This document shows, in pieces, positions 1-9,177 of a stretch of 34,635 bases of DNA. Where the stretch lies: contig CAZDZV010000014.1 in NCBI GenBank assembly GCA_964510025.1, forward strand, positions 1 through 34,635. The letters run 5' to 3'. A program made the translations under genes and the position numbers. Source of the DNA: an uncultured Methanosarcinales archaeon. GTDB taxonomy: Archaea > Nanobdellota > Nanobdellia > Woesearchaeales > DATDXC01. Every line of letters starts with the position of its first letter. The stretch's first letter is position 1. The notes below the pieces were generated by a model. The model was given only the letters and a program-made list of their open reading frames with translations. It was not told the DNA's origin and made no database searches.

Positions 1-342
1 CATCTTGAACAGGCCTATGTTTGCACCGCCTGCTCCGAAAATACCGACGTCTTTATATTTAACAGAATAGCCATGGATATTCTTCATGCCGTAAAGCTCA
101 GCTAGGAAATCAGCAGTTGCTACAGTTTCATGGTTTCCGGGGATGAGCAGCACCTTTTCATGCCTTTTTTTGAAGGGTCCTATGATATTATCTGTCGAAG
201 TCTCTGCCATTGTAAGGTCTCCGCAGAGTACCACAAGATCGACCTTCTCCCTTTTGGCCCTCTCTGCGAGCCTTTCAGCCAGGCTCACATCACCATGTAT
301 ATCTCCTGCTGCCAGGATCCTAAGCGGTTTTTTGTTTTCCAT
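1..342 (-). CDS. Calcineurin-like metallophosphoesterase (3' end runs off the window)
   Basis: Not in the ORF track. Hand translation gives MENKKPLRILAAGDIHGD...DLVVLCGDLT...LLIPGNHE, i.e. the DxH, GD and GNHE motifs. Confidence 0.85.
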   Translation of the reverse strand, partial: MENKKPLRILAAGDIHGDVSLAERLAERAKREKVDLVVLCGDLTMAETSTDNIIGPFKKRHEKVLLIPGNHETVATADFLAELYGMKNIHGYSVKYKDVGIFGAGGANIGLFKM

Positions 343-433
343 AGCGATATTGAGCAGGAACCTATTTAAAAATTTTTCCTATAATAGAAAAATTAAAATA
401 AAAAGGCCGATATAACTGACCAGGTGACTGAAT

Positions 434-1849
434 GTGGATAAAAAAGACTTTTTGCTGATAGCGGCCTTAGTCATGACAGCCATCCTGGCCTATTTTCCGC
501 ATTTCAACTATGCCTACCCTATGCATCTGGATGAGTGGTATCATCTGGGAAAAGCAGCCAGGATAAAAGAAGTTGGAATGCCATACCTGTCCCGTCATGG
601 AAACGTCCAGGTAGGGTTTGATCTAATCCTGGTAGCCCTCTCTTCTTTTACAGATGTTATCCAGATATACAGGTTCCTTCCTGTGATAAATATCCTCATC
701 ATATCAGCATTCCTTTTCTACAGCCTGCGCAAAAAATACAACTACTGGATAGGCCTTTTCTCTCTTGTTTTCTTGGCATCTCTTAAGAGCAATGTCAACA
801 TTCTGGGGCTTTGGTTTTACGTTCCGGTTACTGCATCCATAGTGTTCAATTACTTGGCCTTATTCAAGCTCGAAGAGGTGATCGAGCATGATAATCCCAA
901 GGGGCTCTATCTGGTCATTCTCTCCCTGTTCATTATAGCATTTATACACCAGTCAAGCTTCTTGGTGATACTTCTGACAGCTACAGTATATTTGTCTGTC
1001 AACCATGCATTTGTTGTGAAGAATAGGGGATATTTTTACCCATTTATCCTGCTTGCAATCCCGGCCCTGATAATGTTTCGGGCATTTGGAAGCAATTTTG
1101 GAAATTTCCTTGGCAGATTCCTCTGGGGGCCTATAGTCCCGCAGATAAACTATAATCCCTTTTTATTATATGGTGTTGTGTCTTCTTTGTTTGGGTTTAT
1201 CGGTTATTATAAGGCATACAGGCAAAAAAAGCTCCTGCCTTTTAGGATTTATACTGTTATTTCTCTTGTAAATATATTGATTTTTCCTTTGACCAATTTC
1301 ACCGTCTTCTCTGCATACCAAAGGTACATCTATCATTTCATGCTTGGCATGGTGCCTTTCAGCGCAGTTGGATTTTATCATTTTGTCGACTTTTTAGGCA
1401 AGAAATTGAAAAGAAAAAAAGTCATCATCGCAGCAGCAGTAATAGTAAGCTTATTGCTGATATTTGGAGGATACTGGCATCTCAAAGATGGTGTCAAGCT
1501 GTATAAGCCCATAAGGCAGGATGAGCTTACAGCTCTTAAGGACCTGGAAGATTATCCAGGCGGGTTTGAAAAAAGGGTACTTGCCCCTCTAAGGATAGGC
1601 ACAACTGTTAAGGCTGTTACCGGACACGAGCCCGCCCTCACATTGTATGACTATAAGCTAAGGGGACAACTAAACCGATTCTACGACGGAAGTTGCGCCA
1701 CAAAAATGGCTCTTCTGAAAAATGACACTTTCGGCTATCTGCCGATATATTATATTTACTCGCCTAAGCCTATAGGCTGCAACTTCACACGGCAGATATA
1801 CTCAGAAAGGGATATCAATATCTATATAGTTGACCGGTCTTTGGTTTGA
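434..1849 (+). CDS. Multi-pass membrane protein, probable GT-C fold glycosyltransferase (PMT/ArnT/STT3-like)
   Basis: About 10-12 hydrophobic segments, a DE motif in the first loop (MHLDEWYH) and a soluble C-terminal domain. Confidence 0.6.
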   Translation: MDKKDFLLIAALVMTAILAYFPHFNYAYPMHLDEWYHLGKAARIKEVGMPYLSRHGNVQVGFDLILVALSSFTDVIQIYRFLPVINILIISAFLFYSLRKKYNYWIGLFSLVFLASLKSNVNILGLWFYVPVTASIVFNYLALFKLEEVIEHDNPKGLYLVILSLFIIAFIHQSSFLVILLTATVYLSVNHAFVVKNRGYFYPFILLAIPALIMFRAFGSNFGNFLGRFLWGPIVPQINYNPFLLYGVVSSLFGFIGYYKAYRQKKLLPFRIYTVISLVNILIFPLTNFTVFSAYQRYIYHFMLGMVPFSAVGFYHFVDFLGKKLKRKKVIIAAAVIVSLLLIFGGYWHLKDGVKLYKPIRQDELTALKDLEDYPGGFEKRVLAPLRIGTTVKAVTGHEPALTLYDYKLRGQLNRFYDGSCATKMALLKNDTFGYLPIYYIYSPKPIGCNFTRQIYSERDINIYIVDRSLV

Positions 1850-2748
1850 AACCAGCTGATTGATCTATGTAGTCCCTCTTTAATATCGACTTTAGGTTCA
1901 TACCCCAGCTCTTTTTTGGCCTTGGATATGTCAGCAACAAACCTGACGATTTCGCCGGGCCTGTTTTCCTTGATGATAATCCTGCTTTTGGAGCCCATCT
2001 GATTCAATATCTCTTCAGCGACATTGATTAGCGAAACACCTTTTCCTGTTGCAATATTGAACACCTGATTCTTGGCCTTATTGGTGTTCTTCAAGGACTT
2101 CAGCAAACCTGATACAGCATCATCTATATAGGTAAAATCAAAAATCTTGTCTTTCCCGTAGATGACCAGGTCGTTATCTTTTTTCGATAGCCGGATAAAT
2201 AATGGAACTGCCCTGTCAGACTCATCATACATGCCATAAACATTGGAAAATCTTAATATGACAAAATCCATGCCATAGCACTGGCTGTATGCGTGCACAA
2301 GAGCTTCCCCCCCGATCTTAGATGCAGTATACGGGCTTTCACACTTCCTTACATAGCTTTCATCTTCTGAATGGACTATCTTGTCCTCTGAATTCCCGTA
2401 TACCTCTCTGCTTGATGCGAAGATAAATTTGCCAATATCCTTCCTTCTGCAGAATTCTAGAATGTTGAATAGCATCTCAAAATTATCTCTTGCCTTTGAT
2501 GGTTCTACTACAAGATTATAAACGCGTGCGTTTGCAGCGAGATGTATCACTGTGCCAAATTCTCCGGTTATCTTGTCTGAGATCCCCTTTTTGCTCAGGT
2601 CTAGGATGGTCGTAAGCTTGTTTGCCTTTTTAAGCCACTTGTTGGGCCTTATATCAACACCATGTGCATCATAGCCCATTTCCAGCAGCTTTTCAAAAAG
2701 CCTGGTGCCCATGGTGCCGCTTGAACCTGTTATTAATATTGCCATCAA
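1822..2748 (-). CDS. NAD-dependent nucleotide-sugar epimerase/dehydratase (extended SDR)
   Basis: ITGSSGTMG Rossmann motif, HLAA, ASSREVYG, YxxxK (YTASK) and LRFSNVYG. Confidence 0.92.
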   Translation of the reverse strand: MMAILITGSSGTMGTRLFEKLLEMGYDAHGVDIRPNKWLKKANKLTTILDLSKKGISDKITGEFGTVIHLAANARVYNLVVEPSKARDNFEMLFNILEFCRRKDIGKFIFASSREVYGNSEDKIVHSEDESYVRKCESPYTASKIGGEALVHAYSQCYGMDFVILRFSNVYGMYDESDRAVPLFIRLSKKDNDLVIYGKDKIFDFTYIDDAVSGLLKSLKNTNKAKNQVFNIATGKGVSLINVAEEILNQMGSKSRIIIKENRPGEIVRFVADISKAKKELGYEPKVDIKEGLHRSISWFQTKDRSTI

Positions 2749-2778
2749 GAACGAGGTAAGTGAACGCTTTTTTAAACT

Positions 2779-3351
2779 TTATCTTTCTCTGACCACAGGT
2801 TCATCCCCTGCTACATCCACTACAGTTGAAGGTTTTCCGTGCTTTTCCCCTTCATAGATCATGAATTCCATCTGAGATGATATCTTCTGGTCAAGATTGT
2901 CTTCTGAAGTCATAAAATTTTCATTGGTGACATTGGCAGATGTTGTTATTATCGGCAGATTGATTTCCTTCACAAATTCGCTGAACCAATGATCAGGTAT
3001 TCTAACTCCTATAGTATCCATATCCATGTTGACATTAGGGGCTATTGACCCTTTTTTTTTCAGCTTCAGTACTATTGTATAGGGTCCTGGCAGCTTCTCA
3101 AGCCATTTTTCAGCCTTGTCATTGACAAAGCAGTTCTTTTTTATCCACTGCTTTGAAGGAGCTATGATAGAAAATGGAGAATCATATCTGTTTTTTGCTT
3201 CTCTTACCTTAAAAACCGATTCTTTGTTTGTAGCATCACACCCTATACCATATATCGTATCTGTTGGATGGATAAAGAGACTGCCTTTCCTTATCCTAGA
3301 ATACAGTATGTCTTTCTGGACATGCAACTCGTCCTTTGAGATTATATCCAT
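2779..3351 (-). CDS. tsaC: Threonylcarbamoyl-AMP synthase, Sua5/YrdC/TsaC family (single domain)
   Basis: PTDTIYGIGCDA, KNR, PGPYT, GVRIP, TTSAN and PSTVVD motifs. Start moved to the ATG at 3351. Confidence 0.9.
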   Translation of the reverse strand: MDIISKDELHVQKDILYSRIRKGSLFIHPTDTIYGIGCDATNKESVFKVREAKNRYDSPFSIIAPSKQWIKKNCFVNDKAEKWLEKLPGPYTIVLKLKKKGSIAPNVNMDMDTIGVRIPDHWFSEFVKEINLPIITTSANVTNENFMTSEDNLDQKISSQMEFMIYEGEKHGKPSTVVDVAGDEPVVRER

Positions 3352-3397
3352 ACAGCACGGCAATGCAGAACAATTTAAATAGTTTATGTTTGTGCTG

Positions 3398-3517
3398 CTA
3401 AAGCAAATTTCCCATATTTCTCTTTCGTGTAGACTGTTGAAAATTCAGCATATCCAGGAATATCATCCTTTTTTTGTACTCATACCAGCCTAGATATTCA
3501 TTTTTCCTGAATTTCAT
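3398..3517 (-). CDS. Putative 39-aa microprotein
   Basis: MKFRKNEYLGWYEYKKRMIFLDMLNFQQSTRKRNMGNLL. Its ATG overlaps the upstream stop (TGATG). Confidence 0.35.
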   Translation of the reverse strand: MKFRKNEYLGWYEYKKRMIFLDMLNFQQSTRKRNMGNLL

Positions 3518-3633
3518 CACATCCATCGGTCTGAAAACTGATAGTCAAAGGAATCTGCCTTGCATGTTCTTAGTGTAAGGCTTCTTATTTGACTGTAAAA
3601 CAGATCCTTGATCTTAGCATGGCTTGTATCCAT
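3517..3633 (-). CDS. Putative 38-aa microprotein
   Basis: MDTSHAKIKDLFYSQIRSLTLRTCKADSFDYQFSDRWM, preceded by a strong GGAGGTG ribosome-binding site. Confidence 0.5.
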   Translation of the reverse strand: MDTSHAKIKDLFYSQIRSLTLRTCKADSFDYQFSDRWM

Positions 3634-3645
3634 TTGCAGCACCTC

Positions 3646-3798
3646 CTAATCATCACAGATATTTATTCCCATATTCTTCATAAAATCCGCCTTTAGACTG
3701 CTTGATGGTATAATCTGGCCCATCGTAGCCTCGCAACATCCTGCGCACATCTCAAAATAAGGTTGTATCTTTCTTCCACATATAGTGCATCTAGCCAA
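3646..3798 (-). CDS. Putative 50-aa zinc-finger microprotein
   Basis: TTG start after GAGGTGA. Sequence MARCTICGRKIQPYFEMCAGCC... has CxxC-x10-CxxC. Confidence 0.6.
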   Translation of the reverse strand: MARCTICGRKIQPYFEMCAGCCEATMGQIIPSSSLKADFMKNMGINICDD

Positions 3799-3814
3799 CT
3801 TTATCACCTCTTAT

Positions 3815-3860
3815 TTAAAAAAAATAGGCAGGAGGGGGTGGTTAGGGAATTTTTCCTGCC
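3815..3860 (-). terminator. GC stem-loop followed by a T-run (terminator- or attenuator-like)
   Basis: GGCAGGA (3827-3833) and TCCTGCC (3854-3860) form an inverted repeat, followed by TATTTTTTTT on the minus strand. Confidence 0.35.
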
Positions 3861-4054
3861 GAATCAAAAAAAACAATAAACTAATACTTGGCCTGCTTAT
3901 TTAAATATTTCACGCATACACCTGTCCAGTGTCCAGTGCAGTTAATAAATCCTGTTTCTCCAGAATTTCTTATAGATAGGTCCTATTACACTAGACATCA
4001 AATATCAGAACAAAACAGCAAGATTTAATAATATCAGGATACCCATAAGAAAAA

Positions 4055-4327
4055 ATGAGGCAAGCCAGAATAATTGTTAAAGGGAGGGTCCAGGGCGTTT
4101 TCTTTAGGCATAATACCAGCAGGAAAGCCAGAGAGCTTGGATTAAAAGGATTTGTCAGAAACCTTGATAACGGTGATGTTGAGATTCTAGCTCAGGGTAA
4201 AGAGCAGGACTTAGATGAGCTGATAAGGTTCTGCCATAAAGGGCCTCCTGCATCCGATGTACAAAAGGTGGATGTCAGCTATGAGGATTTCAAGAAGAAT
4301 TTCCATGATTTTTCAGTAAGATACTAG
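4055..4327 (+). CDS. acyP: Acylphosphatase
   Basis: GRVQGVFFR and GFVRNLDNGDVE signatures, GPP motif, 90 aa. Confidence 0.95.
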   Translation: MRQARIIVKGRVQGVFFRHNTSRKARELGLKGFVRNLDNGDVEILAQGKEQDLDELIRFCHKGPPASDVQKVDVSYEDFKKNFHDFSVRY

Positions 4328-5379
4328 AATTCTGTAAGCTTCTTTGTCTTTGCATAATTTATGACTGTAAAATTACCCTCTGCGCCGCCCTCGACTTTTT
4401 TGCATTCCACAAACTTGCCCTCTTCAAGCTTCTTTATCTTTCTGGTAAATGTCTTATAGGCCTGTTTTCCGCCCCTATCCTTGAAAACCCTGTAGAGCTC
4501 ACCCATCTTCATGCCTGAATTTGATTTGACGATAGTCAGGATCGACTTGATATCATCGTCTAAATTCTCAGAATTCATGATATTGACATTTTCTGTCTTT
4601 TCTACTGCAAGTTTGGCATCTGCCAGAGTGATTCTTTTTGCTGCTTTGTCTTCTGCGAAATTGCCGGCTTCCTTAAGCATGAACAGACCGGTCCGGATAT
4701 CCTCGATCTCTGCTGTCTTCCTGGCGATAAGTTCAAACGCCTCTTCGTCAAAGCAGTCTCCCACAAAAGCATATTTTATTCTGTGCCTCAGGATGCCTTT
4801 TGTTTCCTGGAGATTGTAAGGCTTGAACTCAAGAGCGTCAAGCATTAGTCTGGATTTTAGCCTCTGGTCCAGCTTGTTGAGGAAGCTTTTATGGTTTGTG
4901 ATCAATATTATGGTTTTCCTGTATATCTCCTCTAAAATCTGGTATATAAGGTCCAGATTCTCCATCTTGTCTATCTCATCGAAGCAAAAAACAGCAGATC
5001 TCTTGTTCAATATCTCCTTAATAACCTCGAACAAGTCCTCAGTTTTCTTGTTTTGGATGAACTTATAGTCCAGCAGGCTGCATATCTCAACTACAGCCTT
5101 GAAATTGGTATTTTTCTGCCAGCAGTTTATATAGATTGGTATGACTTCCTCATCTGTCTCTTCTTCGTTGAGGGCATCCAGGANNNNNNNNNNTGGCTTG
5201 CCGTAGATGAAAAGGTTCTTCCCGTTTCTTTTCTGGAACAGCGGTTTTATGCAGCTTGCTATATACCTCTGCTGCGATTCTCTGTAAGGGACAAGCTTAG
5301 GCATATAGCTATAGTCAAGAGGGACATCGTCCCTGATCAAAGATTCATCAGATCCCAGCATATGCTTAGACATACTCAT
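4324..5379 (-). CDS. cdc6: Orc1/Cdc6 family AAA+ replication initiator
   Basis: YMPKLVPYRE, IYINC, Walker B FDEID, FKPYN and DIR sensor motifs, plus a C-terminal wHTH. Walker A (YGKP...) is interrupted by the N gap. Confidence 0.88.
   Translation of the reverse strand: MSMSKHMLGSDESLIRDDVPLDYSYMPKLVPYRESQQRYIASCIKPLFQKRNGKNLFIYGKPXXXXLDALNEEETDEEVIPIYINCWQKNTNFKAVVEICSLLDYKFIQNKKTEDLFEVIKEILNKRSAVFCFDEIDKMENLDLIYQILEEIYRKTIILITNHKSFLNKLDQRLKSRLMLDALEFKPYNLQETKGILRHRIKYAFVGDCFDEEAFELIARKTAEIEDIRTGLFMLKEAGNFAEDKAAKRITLADAKLAVEKTENVNIMNSENLDDDIKSILTIVKSNSGMKMGELYRVFKDRGGKQAYKTFTRKIKKLEEGKFVECKKVEGGAEGNFTVINYAKTKKLTEF
5184..5193. other. Scaffold gap (10 N)
   Basis: Run of n characters inside cdc6. 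Confidence 0.99.
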
Positions 5380-5404
5380 AGGTAATGAAGCTTATTTTTA
5401 AAGA

Positions 5405-5683
5405 TTATCTATTTCTGAAAATCTTTTGCCCGCAGTTATGGCAGAAATTCTGCACTTCATGCAGGGCAGCTCCGCAGTTGTAGCAGAAGCCTTTGGCAGA
5501 TCTGGGCTGATGCCTTTTTTTCGGTTTTTTCATATGATCCATAGCCAACCTGACTATGCCAAAAACAAAAAAACCGACGCCGACCCAGAGAAAAAGCTTC
5601 AGTTTGTCAGGGTCCACATAAAGGCTGTAGAGTGCCACCACAATGCCGACTACAGTATACACAATCGCATGAATCATGCTCAC
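5405..5683 (-). CDS. Small two-TM protein with C-terminal zinc ribbon
   Basis: Two hydrophobic helices, then CYNCG...CHNCG. Overlaps the serS stop by 4 nt. Confidence 0.8.
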   Translation of the reverse strand: MSMIHAIVYTVVGIVVALYSLYVDPDKLKLFLWVGVGFFVFGIVRLAMDHMKKPKKRHQPRSAKGFCYNCGAALHEVQNFCHNCGQKIFRNR

Positions 5684-6954
5684 CTCTTTATGATTTTTAA
5701 GCCGCCCATATAGGGAACCAGGACAGAAGGAACCTTAATGCTTCCGTCTTTCTGCTGGTAGTTCTCTATGATTGCCCTGAGGGTTCTTCCAGTAGCTATA
5801 GCAGTGCTGTTCAGTGTATGGACATATTCCTTGTCCTTCCCAAACCTTATATTAAGCCTGACTGCCTGGTAAGAGGTGCAGTTGCTGCAGCTCACTGCTT
5901 CCTTGTATTTGCCTTCTCTGGGCATCCAAACCTCTAAATCATATTTTTTTGCAGCGACGATTCCTATATCGCCGGTGCAGATATTTACGATCCTGTAGGG
6001 CAGCTTCAGTTTCCTAAACAATTCTTCAGCATTTGAGATCAGCTGTTCATGAAATTCCTTGCTCTTTTCCGGTCTGCAAAATATGAACTGTTCGATCTTA
6101 TTGAATTGGTGAACCCTGAAAAGACCTTTCTCATCTATGCCATGGCTGCCGATCTCTTTCCTGAAGCAGGAGCTTATTCCGCAATACTTTAGTGGAAGCT
6201 CTCTGGCTTCAAAGGTCTTGTTCATCATCAGTGCCCCTATAGGGTGCTCGCTTGTCGCTATTAGAAAAAGGTCTTCCTTTTCCCCCTCTACCCTGTACAT
6301 CATTGTCTCAAAATCAGCCAGGTCAGTCACTCCTTCATAGGGCTTCCTTCTTAGCATAAAGGGCGGTTCAACAAGCTTAAACCCTTTCTTTACAAGAGAG
6401 TCTATCGCAAATCTCTGGAGGGCCTGTTCCATGAGGGCAATTTCTCCCATGAGATAATAAAAGCCTTTTCCGCTTACTTTGGTGGCCTGGTCAAAATCAG
6501 CCAGGCCAAGCTTTTCCAAAAGCTCGCCGTGGGGTACTAGCTTAAACTTAAAGCTTGGCTTATCGCCCCATTTTCGGGTTTCCTTGTTATCAGAACTGTC
6601 CTTGCCGAAGGGAACAGAGTCATCGAGAATGTTTGGAAGCCGCATGAGGTAGTACTTGATATCCTTCTGCAGATTTGCGATCCTGTCATCTGTGCCCCTT
6701 ATCTTTTCAGGCAGGACCTTTGCTTCCTTTATCTTTTGAGAGACATCCTTTTTCTCTTTCTTCAGCTTGTTAATCTCCTGTGCGAGCCTGTTTCTCTTGT
6801 GCCTTAGCTCCTGGTTTTCTTGCAGAAGATTCCTGTACTGCTCGTCTTTTTCCAGAATAACATCTATCCACTGGATCTTTTCGTCATCCTGCCTTTTCTC
6901 CAAATCTTTTCGGACAACATCAGGATTTTCCCTTACAAATCTTATATCGAGCAT
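5680..6954 (-). CDS. serS: Seryl-tRNA synthetase (bacterial/eukaryal type)
   Basis: MLDIRFVREN N-terminus, coiled-coil arm, ATSE, motif 2 FRKE...GLFRVHQFNKIEQF and HTLNST. Confidence 0.97.
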   Translation of the reverse strand: MLDIRFVRENPDVVRKDLEKRQDDEKIQWIDVILEKDEQYRNLLQENQELRHKRNRLAQEINKLKKEKKDVSQKIKEAKVLPEKIRGTDDRIANLQKDIKYYLMRLPNILDDSVPFGKDSSDNKETRKWGDKPSFKFKLVPHGELLEKLGLADFDQATKVSGKGFYYLMGEIALMEQALQRFAIDSLVKKGFKLVEPPFMLRRKPYEGVTDLADFETMMYRVEGEKEDLFLIATSEHPIGALMMNKTFEARELPLKYCGISSCFRKEIGSHGIDEKGLFRVHQFNKIEQFIFCRPEKSKEFHEQLISNAEELFRKLKLPYRIVNICTGDIGIVAAKKYDLEVWMPREGKYKEAVSCSNCTSYQAVRLNIRFGKDKEYVHTLNSTAIATGRTLRAIIENYQQKDGSIKVPSVLVPYMGGLKIIKR

Positions 6955-6993
6955 ACCCTGTTGTTTATGCCAATATATATTTAAAGATTTTGA

Positions 6994-7494
6994 TTATAAA
7001 AACATCTCAAGAATCAGCATTGCAATCGCTCCCAAGATGAATCCCAGCAAGAAGTCCTTTAATCCTTCAAGCATGGTCTGGCGCCTGGTTTGTTTCCTTT
7101 CTATCTTTTCAGATATCCTTTCCAGATCATCCTCAACATCATCTGATTTTTCCGAAAGGGGTTCCAGCTCATCCGGGACATCGGACAGCGGTACTACTGC
7201 CTCCTCCTCATACGCGCTTGCCTGGCTAAGCCTTTCCTTCACCAGCCTGGCTGCTTCTTCCTTGCTTCCGGCATGCGCTAATAGTTCTGCAAGCCCTTCA
7301 TCCTTCAGCACATCCCTTATCCAGCTACAGAAATCATTTTTCTGATCATTGACATGATAGCTGAATACCTCATCATCCATAATAGCGAGCTGTTCGTGCA
7401 GCTCATCCAGATTCCTGATAGCTGTGCCATTTTTCAGAAAGAAATAATTATCTGGTTTAATATTCTCTTCCAATCTATCACCCCAATCATTCAA
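6994..7494 (-). CDS. DUF5752-like domain protein with C-terminal membrane anchor
   Basis: FFLKNGTAIRNLDEL...FSYHV...KNDFCSWI, an acidic linker and a terminal hydrophobic helix. Confidence 0.65.
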   Translation of the reverse strand: MNDWGDRLEENIKPDNYFFLKNGTAIRNLDELHEQLAIMDDEVFSYHVNDQKNDFCSWIRDVLKDEGLAELLAHAGSKEEAARLVKERLSQASAYEEEAVVPLSDVPDELEPLSEKSDDVEDDLERISEKIERKQTRRQTMLEGLKDFLLGFILGAIAMLILEMFL

Positions 7495-7981
7495 TTATCT
7501 TTTGTAAACGGCTGATTCTGTTTTCCAGCTGTCTGATTACCGCCTGCTTTGTCTTTGCCTTGTCTAGGCTCCTAGCCAGCGTCTGGTCGCCTACTACGTG
7601 CTCTACCCATCTTGCGAAATCATTCTTATCCTTATTCACGTGGTGGCTGAACCCCTTCTCTTCCATGGCAGCGAGAGCCTGAGAAAGCTCACGCAGATTC
7701 TTCAGGACCTGCCCGTTCTCCAGAAAAAACTTTTTGTCCTCCGGGACATCGTTCAGGAAGATCTGTGCCTGTTTCTTACCGATTCTCGGCATGTTCTCAC
7801 CTCTTTCTAAAGACTCTCTTATCTCCAAAATCTCCTTTGTGACAATGCTTTTTGACCAGCCAACAGATATGAGGGCATCCTCTACATCCTGATCATCGAC
7901 ACCCCTGGTTAGGTTTGAGTATATATAGCTTGTAAGCCTTTTTAGGTCCCTCCAGCTGTATCTGCTTCTTTTAAAAAACAT
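7487..7981 (-). CDS. DUF5752-like domain protein with extra N-terminal helical domain
   Basis: FFLENGQVLKNLREL...FSHHV...KNDFARWV. Paralogous to the neighbouring ORF. Confidence 0.65.
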   Translation of the reverse strand: MFFKRSRYSWRDLKRLTSYIYSNLTRGVDDQDVEDALISVGWSKSIVTKEILEIRESLERGENMPRIGKKQAQIFLNDVPEDKKFFLENGQVLKNLRELSQALAAMEEKGFSHHVNKDKNDFARWVEHVVGDQTLARSLDKAKTKQAVIRQLENRISRLQKIIE

Positions 7982-9176
7982 TTTTAGGCACCTCTACCTT
8001 TCTTTGCAGCCTTAGCTGCAGATCATTGAGGATGTTCATAAAGGCGATAAATGAATCATGCGGGCTGTCGTAGGGATTGAAGTATTTATGGACATCGCCA
8101 TCATTGAACCATTTGGTGCACATATAGTAAAAGTTGTCTGAAGTCTGCAGCCTCCTCCAGTCCTCGAGCAGTCCGGCATCATTTGTCCTCTTTACATTTT
8201 TTTCAAGCTCATACAGCCTGCCAATGGCTAGTTGCTGCATCTTGTTTCCGATCCAGGCAGAAAGGTCCCTCTCTACATCTGCCCAGGAGATAAGATGAGG
8301 GATATCAAGATCTGACACGGCTTCATATGACTTAACGAGCTCAGAAGGCAGCTTAAAATCATTGTCTGGATGCTTCAGGAGCTTTCCAGGCAGATGCCGC
8401 ATGAACTCGAATATCCCCGTATCCTCCCATTGGTGCTCCCCGAATGTTTCATAATCCATGAATAGATTGACGCAGTTTCCGTTCCCGTTTATAGAATTTA
8501 TCCACTGCACATATTTATCGACGGTCAATGGGAATTCTTTCCAGCCTCTGTTGGAAAACCTGAATGCGATGTCATCTGAAAGTCTGTAGTTTTTCAGCAG
8601 AAGCTTTATTCTGTTGGTTGTAACAGGCTTATAAAGGAAATTCGGCGATCTCCAGCCCAGGATATGGTCCGCTCCTTCAGACAATATGCCGCTGTATCCC
8701 ATATCTTCTACAAACTTGGCGAGCTCGTTATTATATATAAGTTCAGTATTTCTGAAAATATCTGGTTTTGCTCCGAAAAGTTTTTTTATCTTCATGCTAT
8801 GCAGCTTGACCTGCTCCTTAAACTCCTCTTTGGAATACAGGAAAGCCAGCGAATGGTGGTATGTCTCATCCAGTATCTCTACCCGCCCTGTGTCAAAAAG
8901 CCTTTGGAAAGATGCCAGAACATCCTGGTTGTAATGCTCAAACTGGTCCAGGACAACTCCGCTGAAAGAATAGGATATCTTGAATTCTGGATGTTTCTTG
9001 AGCAGTTCCAGCATAAGCTTATTTGTAGGAAGGTAGCATTTGCTGGCTACCTTGTTCAGTACTGCCCTGTTCTTTACCTCATCGAAGTAGTTGTGATCAT
9101 TTCCTATATCGAATACAAGGTAGTTCCTCATGCGGTATGGCTGGTGGACCTGGAAGTAAAAGCATATCGATACCAT
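7971..9176 (-). CDS. Glycoside hydrolase family 57 (alpha-amylase type)
   Basis: VHQP, ETYHHSL, FRNTEL (nucleophile Glu), MDYETFGEH (acid Asp) and SWAD. Start moved to the ATG at 9176. Confidence 0.92.
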   Translation of the reverse strand: MVSICFYFQVHQPYRMRNYLVFDIGNDHNYFDEVKNRAVLNKVASKCYLPTNKLMLELLKKHPEFKISYSFSGVVLDQFEHYNQDVLASFQRLFDTGRVEILDETYHHSLAFLYSKEEFKEQVKLHSMKIKKLFGAKPDIFRNTELIYNNELAKFVEDMGYSGILSEGADHILGWRSPNFLYKPVTTNRIKLLLKNYRLSDDIAFRFSNRGWKEFPLTVDKYVQWINSINGNGNCVNLFMDYETFGEHQWEDTGIFEFMRHLPGKLLKHPDNDFKLPSELVKSYEAVSDLDIPHLISWADVERDLSAWIGNKMQQLAIGRLYELEKNVKRTNDAGLLEDWRRLQTSDNFYYMCTKWFNDGDVHKYFNPYDSPHDSFIAFMNILNDLQLRLQRKVEVPKNVF

Positions 9177-9177
9177 G

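Noticed and set aside
130..415. Plus-strand ORFs 130-369 and 143-415
   Set aside because: They are antisense to the metallophosphoesterase that starts at 342 on the minus strand.
3920..3965. Mini-ORB-like TCCAGTG pair near cdc6
   Set aside because: Only a short tandem (GTCCAGT x2) without the GAAAC half or G-string. Too weak to call an origin.
5184..5193. Cdc6 apparently lacking a Walker A motif (possible pseudogene)
   Set aside because: The motif falls in a 10-N scaffold gap, so the sequence is missing rather than degenerate.
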